Positions 23,169-37,200 of a DNA stretch of 64,000 nucleotides are shown here, piece by piece. The stretch lies in assembly GCA_964187785.1 (NCBI GenBank), contig OZ076409.1:46192001-46256000 (forward strand), read 5' to 3'. How positions within the stretch are numbered: the stretch's first letter is position 1; each line of letters starts with the position of its first letter. The position numbers were made by a program, and so were the translations under genes. This DNA is from Amphiscolops sp. MND2022 (Eukaryota). Under the pieces are notes generated by a model. The model did not search any database and had not been told where the DNA came from. It saw nothing but the letters and a program-made list of their open reading frames with translations.

Positions 23169-24804
23169 TTTATTCAAAATTAACAAAAAAAAACATCTTT
23201 GCAACCTCGAAAATCGAAAGGCTCCATAAGTTACACAGGATTTGATTTTTTTGACATTATTCCTTCGAAATGCTTCATGCGCTTTTTCGACACCGAACAT
23301 TTCGAGCTGTACGAGTTTTTCTCAATTCTTGGTTTTTTTAATGTTTTCAATTAGAAATAATTTTTTAAGCTTCTCGTTGAAAGATAATTGAGCTCAGATT
23401 TCTGGAGAAAAAGCCCGAAGCAATTTAAAGTACTTTGCGCGGTTTGAGCCTTGAGGGGGCTCGTATGGCGTTCCTGGATCGGCTTCAATAATGTTTGTTC
23501 GATTCAGCGAATTGAGGGATCTAACGAACCAGACGAACACAGTAAGCATTTATCGTTTTAGTCTGAACCCCTAAATTGCTCTCTAGAAGGTTGATTTTTG
23601 CCAAGAGTAGTCGTACAACACTAAATTTCAAGTGGAGGGCAGATTTGCAATTCGTTCCTGTCCTTTCATAACCTGTGTTCGACGCTGCCTGTCAGAACCT
23701 TCAACACACCAAAAGGCGCTCCTGTGTGTGCAATGGCATCAAAATCGTATGACTAGGATCATGGCCAAAATTATTCCAAAATGATCGAATGACAATAAAG
23801 TACTTAATTTGTTTTTGAATATTTTAATCATTTCCGACTCCTTTACCGCACATGCGATTCTGGTCCTAGGTGGAGAAAACTGTAAAGTGCATCCAGAGGT
23901 GCCAAAGGCTTTCTTTGCCTCATTTTTAGAATTCAAAAAATATTCGTAGGAGACGAAAAAGTCCCTCCCTTGGGTTTTTTTCCGGCAATGTGCTACTTTC
24001 TTCGAATTTTTTCATTCCACTAAAAAGTCACCGTTTGATGTTTCTCCCATTTTGAGTTTGAAAGTTTTGATCCGAAAGGGTCCCTTTTGAGTGTTTTTGA
24101 CGCTGCGAGTATGAAATTTTGGTTCAAGAACAGTTCTTTAACGAATTCAATCGCTTAGTGCTTCTTGAGCCCTAAGCGGGGCACCGACTTATGTTGTTCC
24201 GATTTTCCTGAAAAATTTGGTTTTTCAAGCGGTATAAAGTTACAGCGCTTTCAGGAAAAATAGCACACTTACATACCGAAATTACTTGAAATAAAAATCA
24301 ACGGCTTTATCAATGAAACGCATCAACAGAAATTTAAAAAATGGAAAAATTATCATCCGGAAAAATTATCAACTATTCGTATACACTATACTTTATCGCT
24401 ATATACATTGTCAGAAAACAAGAATGATATAGTTAGTTTTTAGGAGTCGGAAAAATTTTCGACTACTTATGCAATCTTGACGTTTTTTTCCTCCCCACCT
24501 TTCAAAGGAAAATTCCAATTTCTCAAAAATATGACATCCAAAAAATTTTGCAGTTATTCTACACCGAGGTGGTCCTGCGTGCGCAATGGCATCAAAATCG
24601 TATGATTGGGATGTGAGAAACATAGCCAAAACAGCCCAAAATTGACAAAAAAACGATCATTTTTGGACTTTTTCTAATTTTCTCCAAAACGGTCCATACG
24701 ACTCGAACGAAATTTTCTACAGTCTTTCTACACCGTATTAGGGTCCTATATGTGCCATTTTATCAAAATTGTATGACTGGAATTAGCGCGAGTCCAAGAC
24801 AGTG

Positions 24805-27800
24805 ACATTCGAATCCCACTTTAATCCTGGCAATACTTTAATGATTCCGGAAAAGAACGGTAATAATATACGGTATTTTATCGTTAAGTAATTTATTCGG
24901 CAGAATGGCGTAGTTAGTTAAACATAGAATTTTGTTGAAATTCGACAATGGCTAGGTGCAAAAAGCTACTTAAAATCGACCCTGACTTGTTGCGAGCTCC
25001 TACGCTGTTGGAAAATCCACTGAGAAATAGGTTCTGAATAGTCGTACAGTACCAACTTTATTACAAAACTAATGCAAAAAGGCCACTACTATCTGTTACA
25101 TGAAGCCTATTCAGTGTTTTCAGGTATGTTTTGATTTGCCCCTGTGACATGGTTTTCATACTATCGGGTATTAGCTTCAATTTCAGCAACCAAATAAATC
25201 CTTTGATTAGTGTATGTTCAACCGGTTTTAATTTACTTTTTGTTCGACAATAGGGTATTGGCGGGATCCCTTTTCTCGATCCTCTTGTTTTTTGATGTTT
25301 CGTTTCAACAACGAGTTTTGAAAATTTCTTTGTTCCATTAGATCTCAGCTGATCAAAGATTTCTCGGACTACACCCACAATGAACAACTAAAAAAGTGTT
25401 TTCAGCTCTGTTTGTGACAGAATAGCTCGTAAATTGTCATATTTCCTCTTGAATAAAATGGCTCTAATAAAAAGGCTTGAATTTGTCTTTGTGCCATTTC
25501 ATGTTTTCAAGGCTTGTTCTCGCCGCATTCCTATAAATCTTTAGGCCATAGCAAATCACAGACCTAGCATACCCATTGTAGAACGACATCAAACATTTTA
25601 TTGCATAAATATCCCAAACTCTACAGATCAGGCCGCAAAATTTATTGAGCTTGTTTTTATTACATATTTAATATTGTCTCTGAATGTTCACATCGAGTCA
25701 ATGTACACACCCAAATACTTACAGTATATGTTTCGTAAGATTACCTTATGAACTGTTGGCGTATTTTGGTAGTTGTTACCGAATGACATAGTTTCACATT
25801 TTGTGGTCTTGATACACGATTTGTTATAATTGAACCAATCACAAATCTTTTCTCAGTCATTTTTGATGTTACCATTCCCATTTCCAGTTTTTATAATCGA
25901 CGTGTCATCTGCGAAAAGTGCAACTTTATCATTTTGAAAGCTTTGGGGAAAATGATTGATGTATACCAGGAATAAAAACGGACCGAGAACTGACCCGTGG
26001 GAAACTCACGTAGCAATATGGGCAATATCACTCCGATTGCCATTCACAAATACATACACTGATTTGCATGAAACAGTCAACCATTTATTATATATAGGGC
26101 CTTTGAATCCAATATTACTGAGTTTCGCTAACAAGAGTCTATGATCTAACGAGTCGAACGCTTTCTGTAGATCAATAAAATAGGCTATTCCATTTGATTT
26201 TTGATATCAATTTCACCTCTAATACAGTCAGGTATTTCGGGAATTGCTGAGCACATCAATATTTTGGTCTTAAACCATACTGCGATGGGGTAAAGAGATT
26301 GTTTTTGTTGAAAAACTTGACCATTCGATTGTACAAAAGTTTCTCGAGAACTTTACCGAGGGAGCTCAGATGACTTATTGGACAGTAAATACATGGTAGA
26401 CTTTCGTCACCTTTTTTGAATAAAGGTAACTCAATTTTCAGACATTCAGGAAAAAACTGTTTTTCAATGCAGTAAGTAAAACTTCCCACCAAATTTTTTT
26501 TTAAAAAACGAGAATAATTTTTCAAAGTAAAGCAATTTTCAGACATTGGCTGTGAAAAATTGGTTGACCTATTCCAGTTCAAGAAGGTTTACAGCGGCTT
26601 GATCCTGTCTTCTCTAACTTTTCAAGTTTTGATGAATCATTTTTGCGCTTGGATTTTTTCCCATTTTATCATAATTGCTTTTGGCGTTTGGAGTTTTTTT
26701 ATTATTATAGTCACCATGATGTTCCTTTGGTTTTCGTAAATACTTCTGTTTTTCTCATTTGGACATTTTACTCAATTCAGAAACTCTTGTTTCTTTCAGT
26801 GATTCCGTTCTTCAATTTGTTGAAAATCCAGTCATTTGACACTTTTTCACTGTTGGCTCTATTATTGGAGCGAATTTATCTACACAAAGTACAATGGTCT
26901 CTGCTATCTCTTGAAGGTCAATTCGTTTTGATCGTTCAAGTTTCTTGTGTGTTTGATCTAAGAAAAATAGAAAAAATTCAAAGCATTCCCAGTTTTAATT
27001 TTGCGTAGGTTCCGACACAGTTGTTTCATTTCACTATTCTTATATTTTTTCATGTTAACACTTGGGATAGCCTCTAAGACTGTGAAATGATCACTGATTG
27101 TTGTTCTGATAGTTCAGTTTGTATTTGATAACTCGTTACGATATGATCGAGGTAGGTTGCGGATGTTGGTGTTACTCTAGTAGGTTCACAACTTTGCCGT
27201 TTGTAATCAAATGCTAAAAGTAGTCTCTCAATCCGATTTCTCCTTTGATTCTTTAATTGTGTCAATGTTGAAGTCACCACACAAAATAGTGTCAATTTTC
27301 AATCGCTGTAAAAACTCGAGCAACTTTTTGAATTCTTGCAAAAACTAGGGGTTTTTAGGCTGTGTGGCCTGTATACAACGCAAAACTTTCCGATTGTTTT
27401 TGTATGAAAGTTTCTTTGTATGGTCAGACATTCCATTTCACACTGAAATTCAATAACTTCGTGTTTAATGACTTCTTGGACATAAAAAGCAACACCTCCA
27501 CGTTCCTGATCTGAAATTTTTGGCTTCGATTCCATTAAATGGTTATTTTCTAAGTTATAGTCGTTTTCAAGGCCGTCTTTTTTTGTTAACCATGTTTCCG
27601 TTAGCGCTATTTTTGCTGGTTTAATTTCGTAGTTTTCTAGTTAAATTTTTAGTTCATCACGATGGCATGGTAGCGATTGAATGCTTTTGCATATTACAAA
27701 GGGAATATTTCCAGTGCCAAGTTTCGCCTTTGTTTGGTTCTCTTTTTTCATGAATAATACAGACAAAAAGAGTTTGGGTGTGTTATTACCTCATTTAGCA

Positions 27801-28037
27801 GTCAAACAATGTGATATTGTAGTACATTACGGTGCTAACAATTGATTTTTTCTGTATTATTTGTTTTGACCGCTGAACGTTGGATCCGTTTCTTTGAATT
27901 AATAGTTTGGTGTAACAGCACATACAGAAACTTTTGAGAACAATGACATCATCACCCTGAGATTCTCTAAGTCGTTTCGAGACTGTTTGATAATCTTTTC
28001 CGGTACGTTTGATAACTGTATTGGGTGTTTGTATACT
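24805..28037 (-). mobile_element. Decayed CR1-group LINE (APE + RT), copy 1, 5'-cut
   Basis: Minus-strand fragments CGDFNID, EPTRVTPTSATYLDHI, PLFKKGD, LGKVLEKLL, FIDLQKAFDS and FADDT, with many frameshifts. The 3' boundary is approximate. Confidence 0.8.
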
Positions 28038-29444
28038 GGGAGTTTTTCTCAATTCTTGTTTTTTTGGTGTTTCCAATTAAAAACAATTTTTTAGGCTTCT
28101 CATTGAAATATAATTGAGCTCAGATTTCTGGAGAAAAATCCCGAAGCAATTTAAAGTACTTAGCGCGGTTTGAGCCTTGAGGGGCTCGTATGGCGTTCGT
28201 GGCTCGGCTTCAATATTGTTTGTTCGATTCAGCGAATTGAGGGATCTAACGAACCAGACGAACACAGTAAGCAATTATCGTTTTAGTCTGAACCCCTAAA
28301 TTGCTCTCTAGAAGTTGATTTTTGCCAAGAGTAGTCGTACAACACTAAATTTCAAGTGGAGGGTAGATTTGCAATTCGTTCCTGTCCTTTCATAACCTGT
28401 GTTCGACGCTGCCTGTCAGAACCTTCAACACACCAAAAGGCGCTCCTGTGTGTGCAATGGCATCAAAATTGTATTACTGGGATCATGGCCAAAGTTATTC
28501 CAAAATGATTGAATGACAATAATGTACTTAATTTGTTTTTGAGTATTTTAATCCTTTTCTGACTTCTTTACCGCACATGCGATTCTGGTTCTATGTGGAG
28601 AAAACTGTAAAGTGCATCCAAAGGTGCCAAAAGCTTTCTTTGCCTCATTTTTAGAATTCAAAAAATATTCGTGGGAGACGAAAAAGTCCCTCCCTTGGGT
28701 TTTTTTCCGGCAATGTGCTACTTTCTTTGAATTTTTTCATTCCACTAAAAAGTCACCGTTTGATGTTTCTCCCATTTTGACATTGAAAGTTTTGATCCTA
28801 TAGGGTCCCTTTTGTTGGGGCACCGACTTATGTTGTTCCGATTTTCCTGAAAAATTTGGTTTTTCAAGCGGTATAAAGTTACAGCGCTTCCAGGAAAATT
28901 AGCACACTTACATACCGAAATTACTTGAAATAAAAATCAACGGCTTTATCAATGAAACGCATCAACAGAAATTTAAAAAATGGAAAAATTATCATCCGGA
29001 AAAATTATCAACTATTCGTATACACTATACTTTATCGCTATATACATTGTCAGAAAACAAGAATGATATAGTTAGATTTTAGGAGTCGGAAAAATTTTCG
29101 ACTACTTATGCAATCTTGACGTTTTTTTCCTCCCCACCTTTCAAAGGAAAATTCCAATTTCTCAAAAATATGACATCCAAAAAATTTTGCAATTATTCTA
29201 CACCGAGGTGGTCCTGCGTGCGCAATGGCATCAAAATCGTATGATTGGCATGTGAGAAACATAGCCAAAACAGCCCAAAATTGACAAAAAAAACGATCAT
29301 TTTTGGACTTTTTCTAATTTTCTCCAAAACGGTCCATACGACTCGAACGAAATTTTCTACAGTCTTTCTACACCGTATTAGGGTCCTATATGTGCCATTT
29401 TATCCAAATTGTATGACTGGAATTAGCGCGAGTCCAAGACAGTG

Positions 29445-32400
29445 ACATTCGAATCCCACTTTAATCCTGGCAATACTTTAATGATTCCGGAAAAGAACGG
29501 TAATAATATACGGTATTTTATCGTTAAGTAATTTATTCGAGAGAATGGCGTAGTTAGTTAAACATAGAAGTTTGTTGAAATTCGACAATGGCTAGGTGCA
29601 AAAAGCTACTTAAAATCGACCCTGACTTGTTGCGAGCTCCTACGCTGTTGGAAAATCCACTGAGAAATAGGTTCTGAATAGTCGTACAGTACCAACTTTA
29701 TTACAAAACTAATGCAAAAAGGTCACTACTATCTGTAACATGAAGCCTATTCAGTGTTTTCAGGTATGTTTTGATTTGCCCTTGTGACATGGTTTTCATA
29801 CTATCGGGTATTAGCTTCAATTTCAGCAACCAAAAAAATCCTTTGATTAGTGTATGTTCAACCGGTTTTAATTTACTTTTTGTCCGACAATAGGGTATTG
29901 GCGGGATCCCTTTTTTCGATCCTCTCGTTTTTTGATGTTTCGTTTCAACAACGAGTTTTGAAATTTTCTTTGTTTCATTAGATCTCAGCTGATTAAAGAT
30001 TTCTCGGACTACACCCACAATGAACAACTAAAAAAGTGTTTTCAGCTCTTTTTGCGACAGAATAGCTCGTAAATTGTCATATTTTTTCTTGAATAAAATA
30101 GCTCCAATAAAAAGGCTTGAATTTGTCTTTGTGCCATTTCATTTTTTCAAGGCTTGTTCTCGCCGCATTCCTATAAATCTTTAGGCCATAGCAAATCATA
30201 GACCTAGCATACCCATTGTAGAACGACATCAAACATTTTATTGCATAAATATCCCGAACTCTACAGATCAGGCCGCAAAATTTTTTGAGCTTGTTTTTAT
30301 TACATATTTAATATTGTCTCTGAATGTTCACATCGAGTCAATGTACACACCCAAATACTTACAGTATATGTTTCGTAAGATTACCTTATGAAGTGTTGGC
30401 GTATTTTGGTAGTTGTTACCGAATGACATAGTTTTACATTTTGTGGTCTTGATACACGATTTGTTATAATTGAACCAATCACAAATCTTTTCTCAGTCAT
30501 TTTTGATGTTACCATTCCAATTTCCAGTTTTTATAATCGACGTGTCATCTGCGAAAAGTGCGACTTTATCATTTTGAAAGCTTTGAGGAAAATGATTGAT
30601 GTAAAGCAGGAATAAAAACGGACCGAGAACTGACCCGTGGGGAATTCACGTAGCAATATGGGCAATATCACTCCGATTGCCATTCACAAATACATACACT
30701 GATTTGCATGAAACATAGTCAACCATTTATTATATATAGGGCCCTTGAATCCAATATTACTGAGTTTCGCTAACAAGAGTCTATGATCTAACGAGTCGAA
30801 CGCTTTCTGTAGATCAATAAAATAGGCTATTCCATTTGATTTTTGATATCAATTTCACCTCTAAGACAGTCAGGTATTTCGGGAATTGCTGAGCACATCA
30901 ATATTTTGGTCTTAAACCATACTGCGATGGGGTAAAGAGATTGTTTTTGTTGAAAAACTTGACCATTCGATTGTACAAAAGTTTCTCGAGAACTTTACCG
31001 AGGGAGCTCAGATGACTTATTGGACAGTAGTTACATGGTAGACTTTCGTCACCTTTTTTGAATAAAGGTAACTCAATTTTCAGACATTCAGGAAAAAACT
31101 GTTTTTCAATGCAGTAAATAAAACTTCCCACCAAATTTTTTTTAAAAAAACGAGAATAATTTTTCAAAGTAAAGCAATTTTCAGACATTGGCTGTGAAAA
31201 ATTGGTTGACCTATTCCAGTTCAAGAAGGTTTACAGCGGCTTGATCCTGTCTTCTCTAACTTTTCAAGTTTTGATGAATCATTTTTGCGCTTGGATTTTT
31301 TCCCATTTTATCATAATTGCTTTTGGCGTTTGGAGTTTTTTATTATTATAGTCACCATGATGTTCCTTTGGTTTTCGTAAATACTTCTGTTTTTCTCATT
31401 TGGACATTTTACTCAATTCAGAAACTCTTGTTTCTTTCAGTGATTCCGTTCTTCAGTTTGTTGAAAATCCAGTCATTTGACACTTTCACTGTTGGCTCTA
31501 TTATTGGAGCGAATTTATCTACACAAAGTACAATGGTCTCTGCTATCTCTTGAAGGTCAATTCGTTTTGATCGTTCAAGTTTCTTGAGTGTTTGATCTAA
31601 GAAAAATAAAAAAATTCAAAGCGTTCCCAGTTTTAATTTTGCGTAGGTACCGACACAGTTGTTTCATTTCACTATTCTTAATTTTTCATTCATGTTAACA
31701 CTTGGGATAGCCTCTTAGACTGTGAAATGATCACTGATTGTTGTTCTGACAGTTCAGTTTTTATTTGATAACTCGTTACGATATGATCGAGGTAGGTTGC
31801 GGATGTTGGTGTTACTCTAGTAGGTTCACAACTTTGCCGTTTGTAATCAAATGCTAAAAGTAGTCTCTCAATCCGATTTCTCCTTTGATTCTTTAATTGT
31901 GTCAATGTTGAAGTCACCACACAAAATAGTGTCAATTTTCAATCGCTGTAAAAACTCGAGCAACTTTTTGAATTCTTGCAAAAACTAGGGGTTTTTAGGC
32001 TGTGTGGCCTGTACACAACGCAAAACTTTCCGATTGTTTTTGTATGAAAGTTTCTTTGTATGGTCAGACATTCCATTTCACACTGAAATTCAATAACTTC
32101 GTGTTTAATGACTTCTTGGACATAAAAAGCAACACCTCCACGTTCCTGATCTGAAACTTTTGGCTTCGATTCCATTAAATGGTTATTTTCTAAGTTATAG
32201 TCGTTTTCAAGGCCGTCTTTCTTTGTTAACCATGTTTCCGTTAGCGATATTTTTGCTGGTTTATTTTCGTAGTTTTCTAGTTAAATTTTTAGTTCATCAC
32301 GATGGCATGGTAGCGATTGAATGTTTTTGCATATTACAAAAGGAATATTTCCAGTGCCGAGTTTCGCCTTTGTTTGGTTCTCTTTTTTCATGAATAATAC

Positions 32401-32677
32401 AGACAAAAAGAGTTTGGGTGTGTTATTACCTCATTTAGCAGTCAAACAATGTGATATTGTAGTACATTACGGTGCTAACAATTGATTTTTTCTGTATTAT
32501 TTGTTTTGACCGCTGAACGTTGGATCCGTTTCTTTGAATTAATAGTTTGGTGTAACAGCACATACAGAAACGTTTGAGAACAATGACATCATCACCCTGA
32601 GATTCTCTAAGTTGTTTCGAGACTGTTTGATAATCTTTTCCGGTACGTTTGATAACTGTATTGGGTGTTTGTATACT
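29445..32677 (-). mobile_element. Decayed CR1-group LINE, copy 2, 5'-cut
   Basis: Same motifs as copy 1 and the same 5' breakpoint. Confidence 0.8.
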
Positions 32678-34229
32678 GGGAGTTTTTCTCAATTCTTGTT
32701 TTTTTTTGGTGTTTCCAATTAAAAACAATTTTTTAGGCTTCTCATTGAAATATAATTGAGCTCAGATTTCTGGAGAAAAATCCCGAAGCAATTTAAAGTA
32801 CTTAGCGCGGTTTGAGCCTTGAGGGGCTCGTATGGCGTTCGTGGCTCGGCTTCAATATTGTTTGTTCGATTCAGCGAATTGAGGGATCTAACGAACCAGA
32901 CGAACACAGTAAGCAATTATCGTTTTAGTCTGAACCCCTAAATTGCTCTCTAGAAGGTTGATTTTTGCCAAGAGTAGTCGTACAACACTAAATTTCAAGT
33001 GGAGGGCAGATTTGCAATTCGTTCCTGTCCTTTCATAACCTGTTTTCGACGCTGCCTGTCAGAACCTTCAACACACCAAAATGCGCTCCTGTGTGTGCAA
33101 TGGCATCAAAATTGTATGACTGGGATCATGGCCAAAGTTATTCCAAAATGATTGAATGACAATAATGTACTTAATTTGTTTTTGAGTATTTTAATCCTTT
33201 TCTGACTTCTTTACCGCACATGCGATTCTGGTTCTATGTGGAGAAAACTGTAAAGTGCATCCAAAGGTGCCAAAAGCTTTCTTTGCCTCATTTTTAGAAT
33301 TCAAAAAATATTCGTGGGAGACGAAAAAGTCCCTCCCTTGGGTTTTTTTCTGGCAATGTGCTACTTTCTTTGAATTTTTTCATTCCACTAAAAAGTCACC
33401 GTTTGATGTTTCTCCCATTTTGACATTGAAAGTTTTGATCCTATAGGGTCCCTTTTCAGTGTTTTTGGCGCTGCGAATATGAAATTTTGTTTCAAGAACA
33501 GTTCTTTAACGAATTCAATCGCTTAGTGCTTCTTGAGGCCTAAGCGGGGCACCGACATATGTTGTTCATACATATGTTGGTTTTTCAAGCGGTATAAAAT
33601 TACTATGTATTGCAGTTTTGATTAGAAACAAGAGGCACTGTGACACTGCGATTAGTTTCGTAGACTTACAGCGCTTTCAGGAAAAATAGCACACTTACAT
33701 ACCGAAATTACTTGAAATAAAAATCAACGGCTTTATCAATGAAACGCATCAACAGAAATTTAAAAAATGGAAAAATTATCATCCGGAAAAATTATCAACT
33801 ATTCGTATACACTATACTTTATCGCTATATACATTGTCAGAAAACAAGAATGATATAGTTAGATTTTAGGAGTCGGAAAAATTTTCGACTACTTATGCAA
33901 TCTTGACGTTTTTTTCCTCCCCACCTTTCAAAGGAAAATTCCAATTTCTCAAAAATATGACATCCAAAAAATTTTGCAGTTATTCTACACCGAGGTGGTC
34001 CTGCGTGCGCAATGGCATCAAAATCGTATGATTGCCATGTGAGAAACATAGCCAAAACAGCCCAAAATTGACAAAAAAACGATCATTTTTGGACTTTTTC
34101 TAATTTTCTCCAAAACGGTCCATACGACTCGAACGAAATTTTCTACAGTCTTTCTACACCGTATTAGGGTCCTATATGTGCCATTTTATCCAAATTGTAT
34201 GACTGGAATTAGCGCGAGTCCAAGACAGT

Positions 34230-37200
34230 GACATTCGAATCCCACTTTAATCCTGGCAATACTTTAATGATTCCGGAAAAGAACGGTAATAATATACGGT
34301 ATTTTATCGTTAAGTAATTTATTCGAGAGAATGGCGTAGTTAGTTAAACATGGAATTTTGTTGAAATTCGACAATGGCTAGGTGCAAAAAGCTACTTGAA
34401 ATTGACCCTGACTTGTTGCGAGCTCCTACGGTGTTGGAAAATCCACTGAGAAATAGGTTCTGAATAGTCGTACAGTACCAACTTTTTTATTAGAAAACTA
34501 ATGCAAAAAGGTCACTACTATCTGTTACATGAAGCCTATTCAGTGTTTTCAGGTAGTTTTGATTTGCCCCTGTGACATGGTTTTCATACTATCGGGTATT
34601 AGCTTCAATTTCAGCAACCAAATAAATCCTTTGATTAGTGTATGTTCAACTGGTTGTAATTTACTTTTTGTTCGACAATAGGGTATTGGCGGGATCCCTT
34701 TTTTCGATCCTCTCGTTTTTTGATGTTTCGTTTCAACAACGAGTTTTGAAAATTTCTTTGTTTCATTAGATCTCAGCTGATTAAAGATTTCTCGGACTAC
34801 ACCCACAATGAACAACTAAAAAAGTGTTTTCAGCTCTGTTTGCGACAGAATAGCTCGTAAATTGTCATATTTTTTCTTGAATAAAATAGCTCCAATAAAA
34901 AGGCTTGAATTTGTCTTTGTGCCATTTCATTTTTTCAAGGCTTGTTCTCGCCGCATTCCTATAAATCTTTAGGCCATAGCAATTCACAGACCTAGCATAC
35001 GCATTGTAGAACGACATCAAACATTTTTTTGCATAAATATCCCGAACTCTACAGATCAGGCCGCAAAATTTATTGAGCTTGTTTTTATTACATATTTAAT
35101 ATTGTCTCTGATTGTTAACATCGAGTCAATGTTCACACCCAAATACTTACAGTATATGTTTCGTAAGATTACCCTATGAACTGTTGGCGTATTTTGGTAG
35201 TTGTTACCGAAGGACATAGTTTCACATTTTGTGGTCTTGATACACGATTTGTTATAATTGAACCAATCACAAATCTTTTCTCAGTCATTTTTGATGTTAC
35301 CATTCCCATTTCCAGTTTTTATAATCGATGTGTCATCTGCGAAAAGTGCAATTTTATCATTTTGAAAGCTTTGGGGAAAATGATTGATGTATACCAGGAA
35401 TAAAAACGGACCGAGAACTGACCCGTGGGGAACTCACGTAGCAATTTGGGCAATATCACTCCCATTGCCCTTCACAAATACATACACTGATCTGCATGAA
35501 AGATAGTCAACCATTTATTATATATAGGGCCTTTGAATCCAAGATTACTGAGTTTCGCTAACAAGAGTCTATGATCTAACGAGTCAAACGCTTTCTGTAG
35601 ATCAATAGAATAGGCTATTCCATTTGATTTTATATATCAATTTCACCTCTAATACAGTCAGGTATTTCGGGAATTGCTGAGCACATCAATATTTTGGTCT
35701 TAAACCATACTGCGCTGGGGTAAAGAGATTGTTTTTGGTGAAAAACTTGACCATTCCCTTGTACAGAAGTTTCTCCAGAACTTTACCGAGGGAGCTCAGA
35801 AGACTTTTTGGACAGTAGTTACATGGTAGACTTTCGTCACCTTTTTTGAATAAAGGTAACTCAATTTTCAGACATTCAGGAAAAAACTGTTTTTCAATGC
35901 AGTAAATAAAACTTCCCACCAATTTTTTTTTCAAAAACGAGAATAATTTTTCAAAGTAAAGCAATTTTCAGACATTGGCTGTGAAAAATTGGTTGACTTA
36001 TTCCAGTTCAAGAAGGTTTACAGCGGCTTGATCCTGTCTTCTGTAACTTTTCAAGTTTTTATATATCATGTTTGCGCTTGGATTTTCTCCCATTTTATCA
36101 TAATTGCTTTTGGCGTTTGGAGTTTTTTATTATTATAGTCACCATGATGTTCCTTTGGTTTTCGTAAATACTTCTGTTTTTCTCATTTGGACATTTTACT
36201 CAATTCTGAAACTCTTGTTTCTTTCAATGATTCCGTTCTTCAGTTTGTTGAAAATCCAGTCATTTGACACTTTTTCACTGTTGACTTTATTATTGGAGCG
36301 AATTTATCTACACAAAGCACAATGGTCTCTGCTATCTTTTAAAGGTCGATTCGTTTTGATAGTTCAAGTTTCTTGAGTGTTTGATCTAAGAAAAACAAAA
36401 AATTCGAAGCGTTCCCAGTTTTAATTTTGCGTAGGTCCCGACACAGTTGTTTCATTTCACTATTCTTATATTTTTTCATGTTAACACTAGGGATAGCCTC
36501 TAAGACTGTGAAATGATCACTGATTGTTGTTTTGATAGTTCATTTAATATTTGATAACTCGTTACGATATGATCGAGGCAGGTTGCGGATGTTGGTGTTA
36601 CTCTAGTAGGTTCACAACTTTGACGTTTGTAATCAAATGCTAAAAGTAGTCTCTTATAATCCGATTTCTCCTTTGATTCTTTAATTGTGTCAATGTTGAA
36701 GTCACCACACAAAATAGTGTCAATTTGTAATCGCTGTAAAAACTCGAGCAACATTTTGAATTCTTGCAAAAACTAGTGGTTTCTAGGCTGTGTGGCCTGT
36801 ATACAACGCAAAATTTTCTGATTGTTTTTGTATGAAAGTTTTTTTGTATGGTCAGACATTCCATTTCACACTGAAATTCAATAACTTCGTATTTAATGAC
36901 TTCTTGGACATAAAAAGCAACACCTCCACGTTCCTGATCTGAAACTCTTGGCTTGGATTCCATTAAATGGTTATTTTCTAAGTTATAGTCGTTTTCAAGG
37001 CCGTCTTTCTTTGTTAACCATGTTTCCGTTAGCGCTAATTTTGCTGGTTTATTTTCGTAGTTTTCTAGTTATATTTTTAGTTCATCACGATGGCATGGTA
37101 GCGATTGAATGCTTTTGCATATTACAAAAGGAATATTTTCAGTGCCGAGTTTCGCCCTTGTTAGGTTCTCTTTATTCTTGAATAATACAGATAAAAAGAG

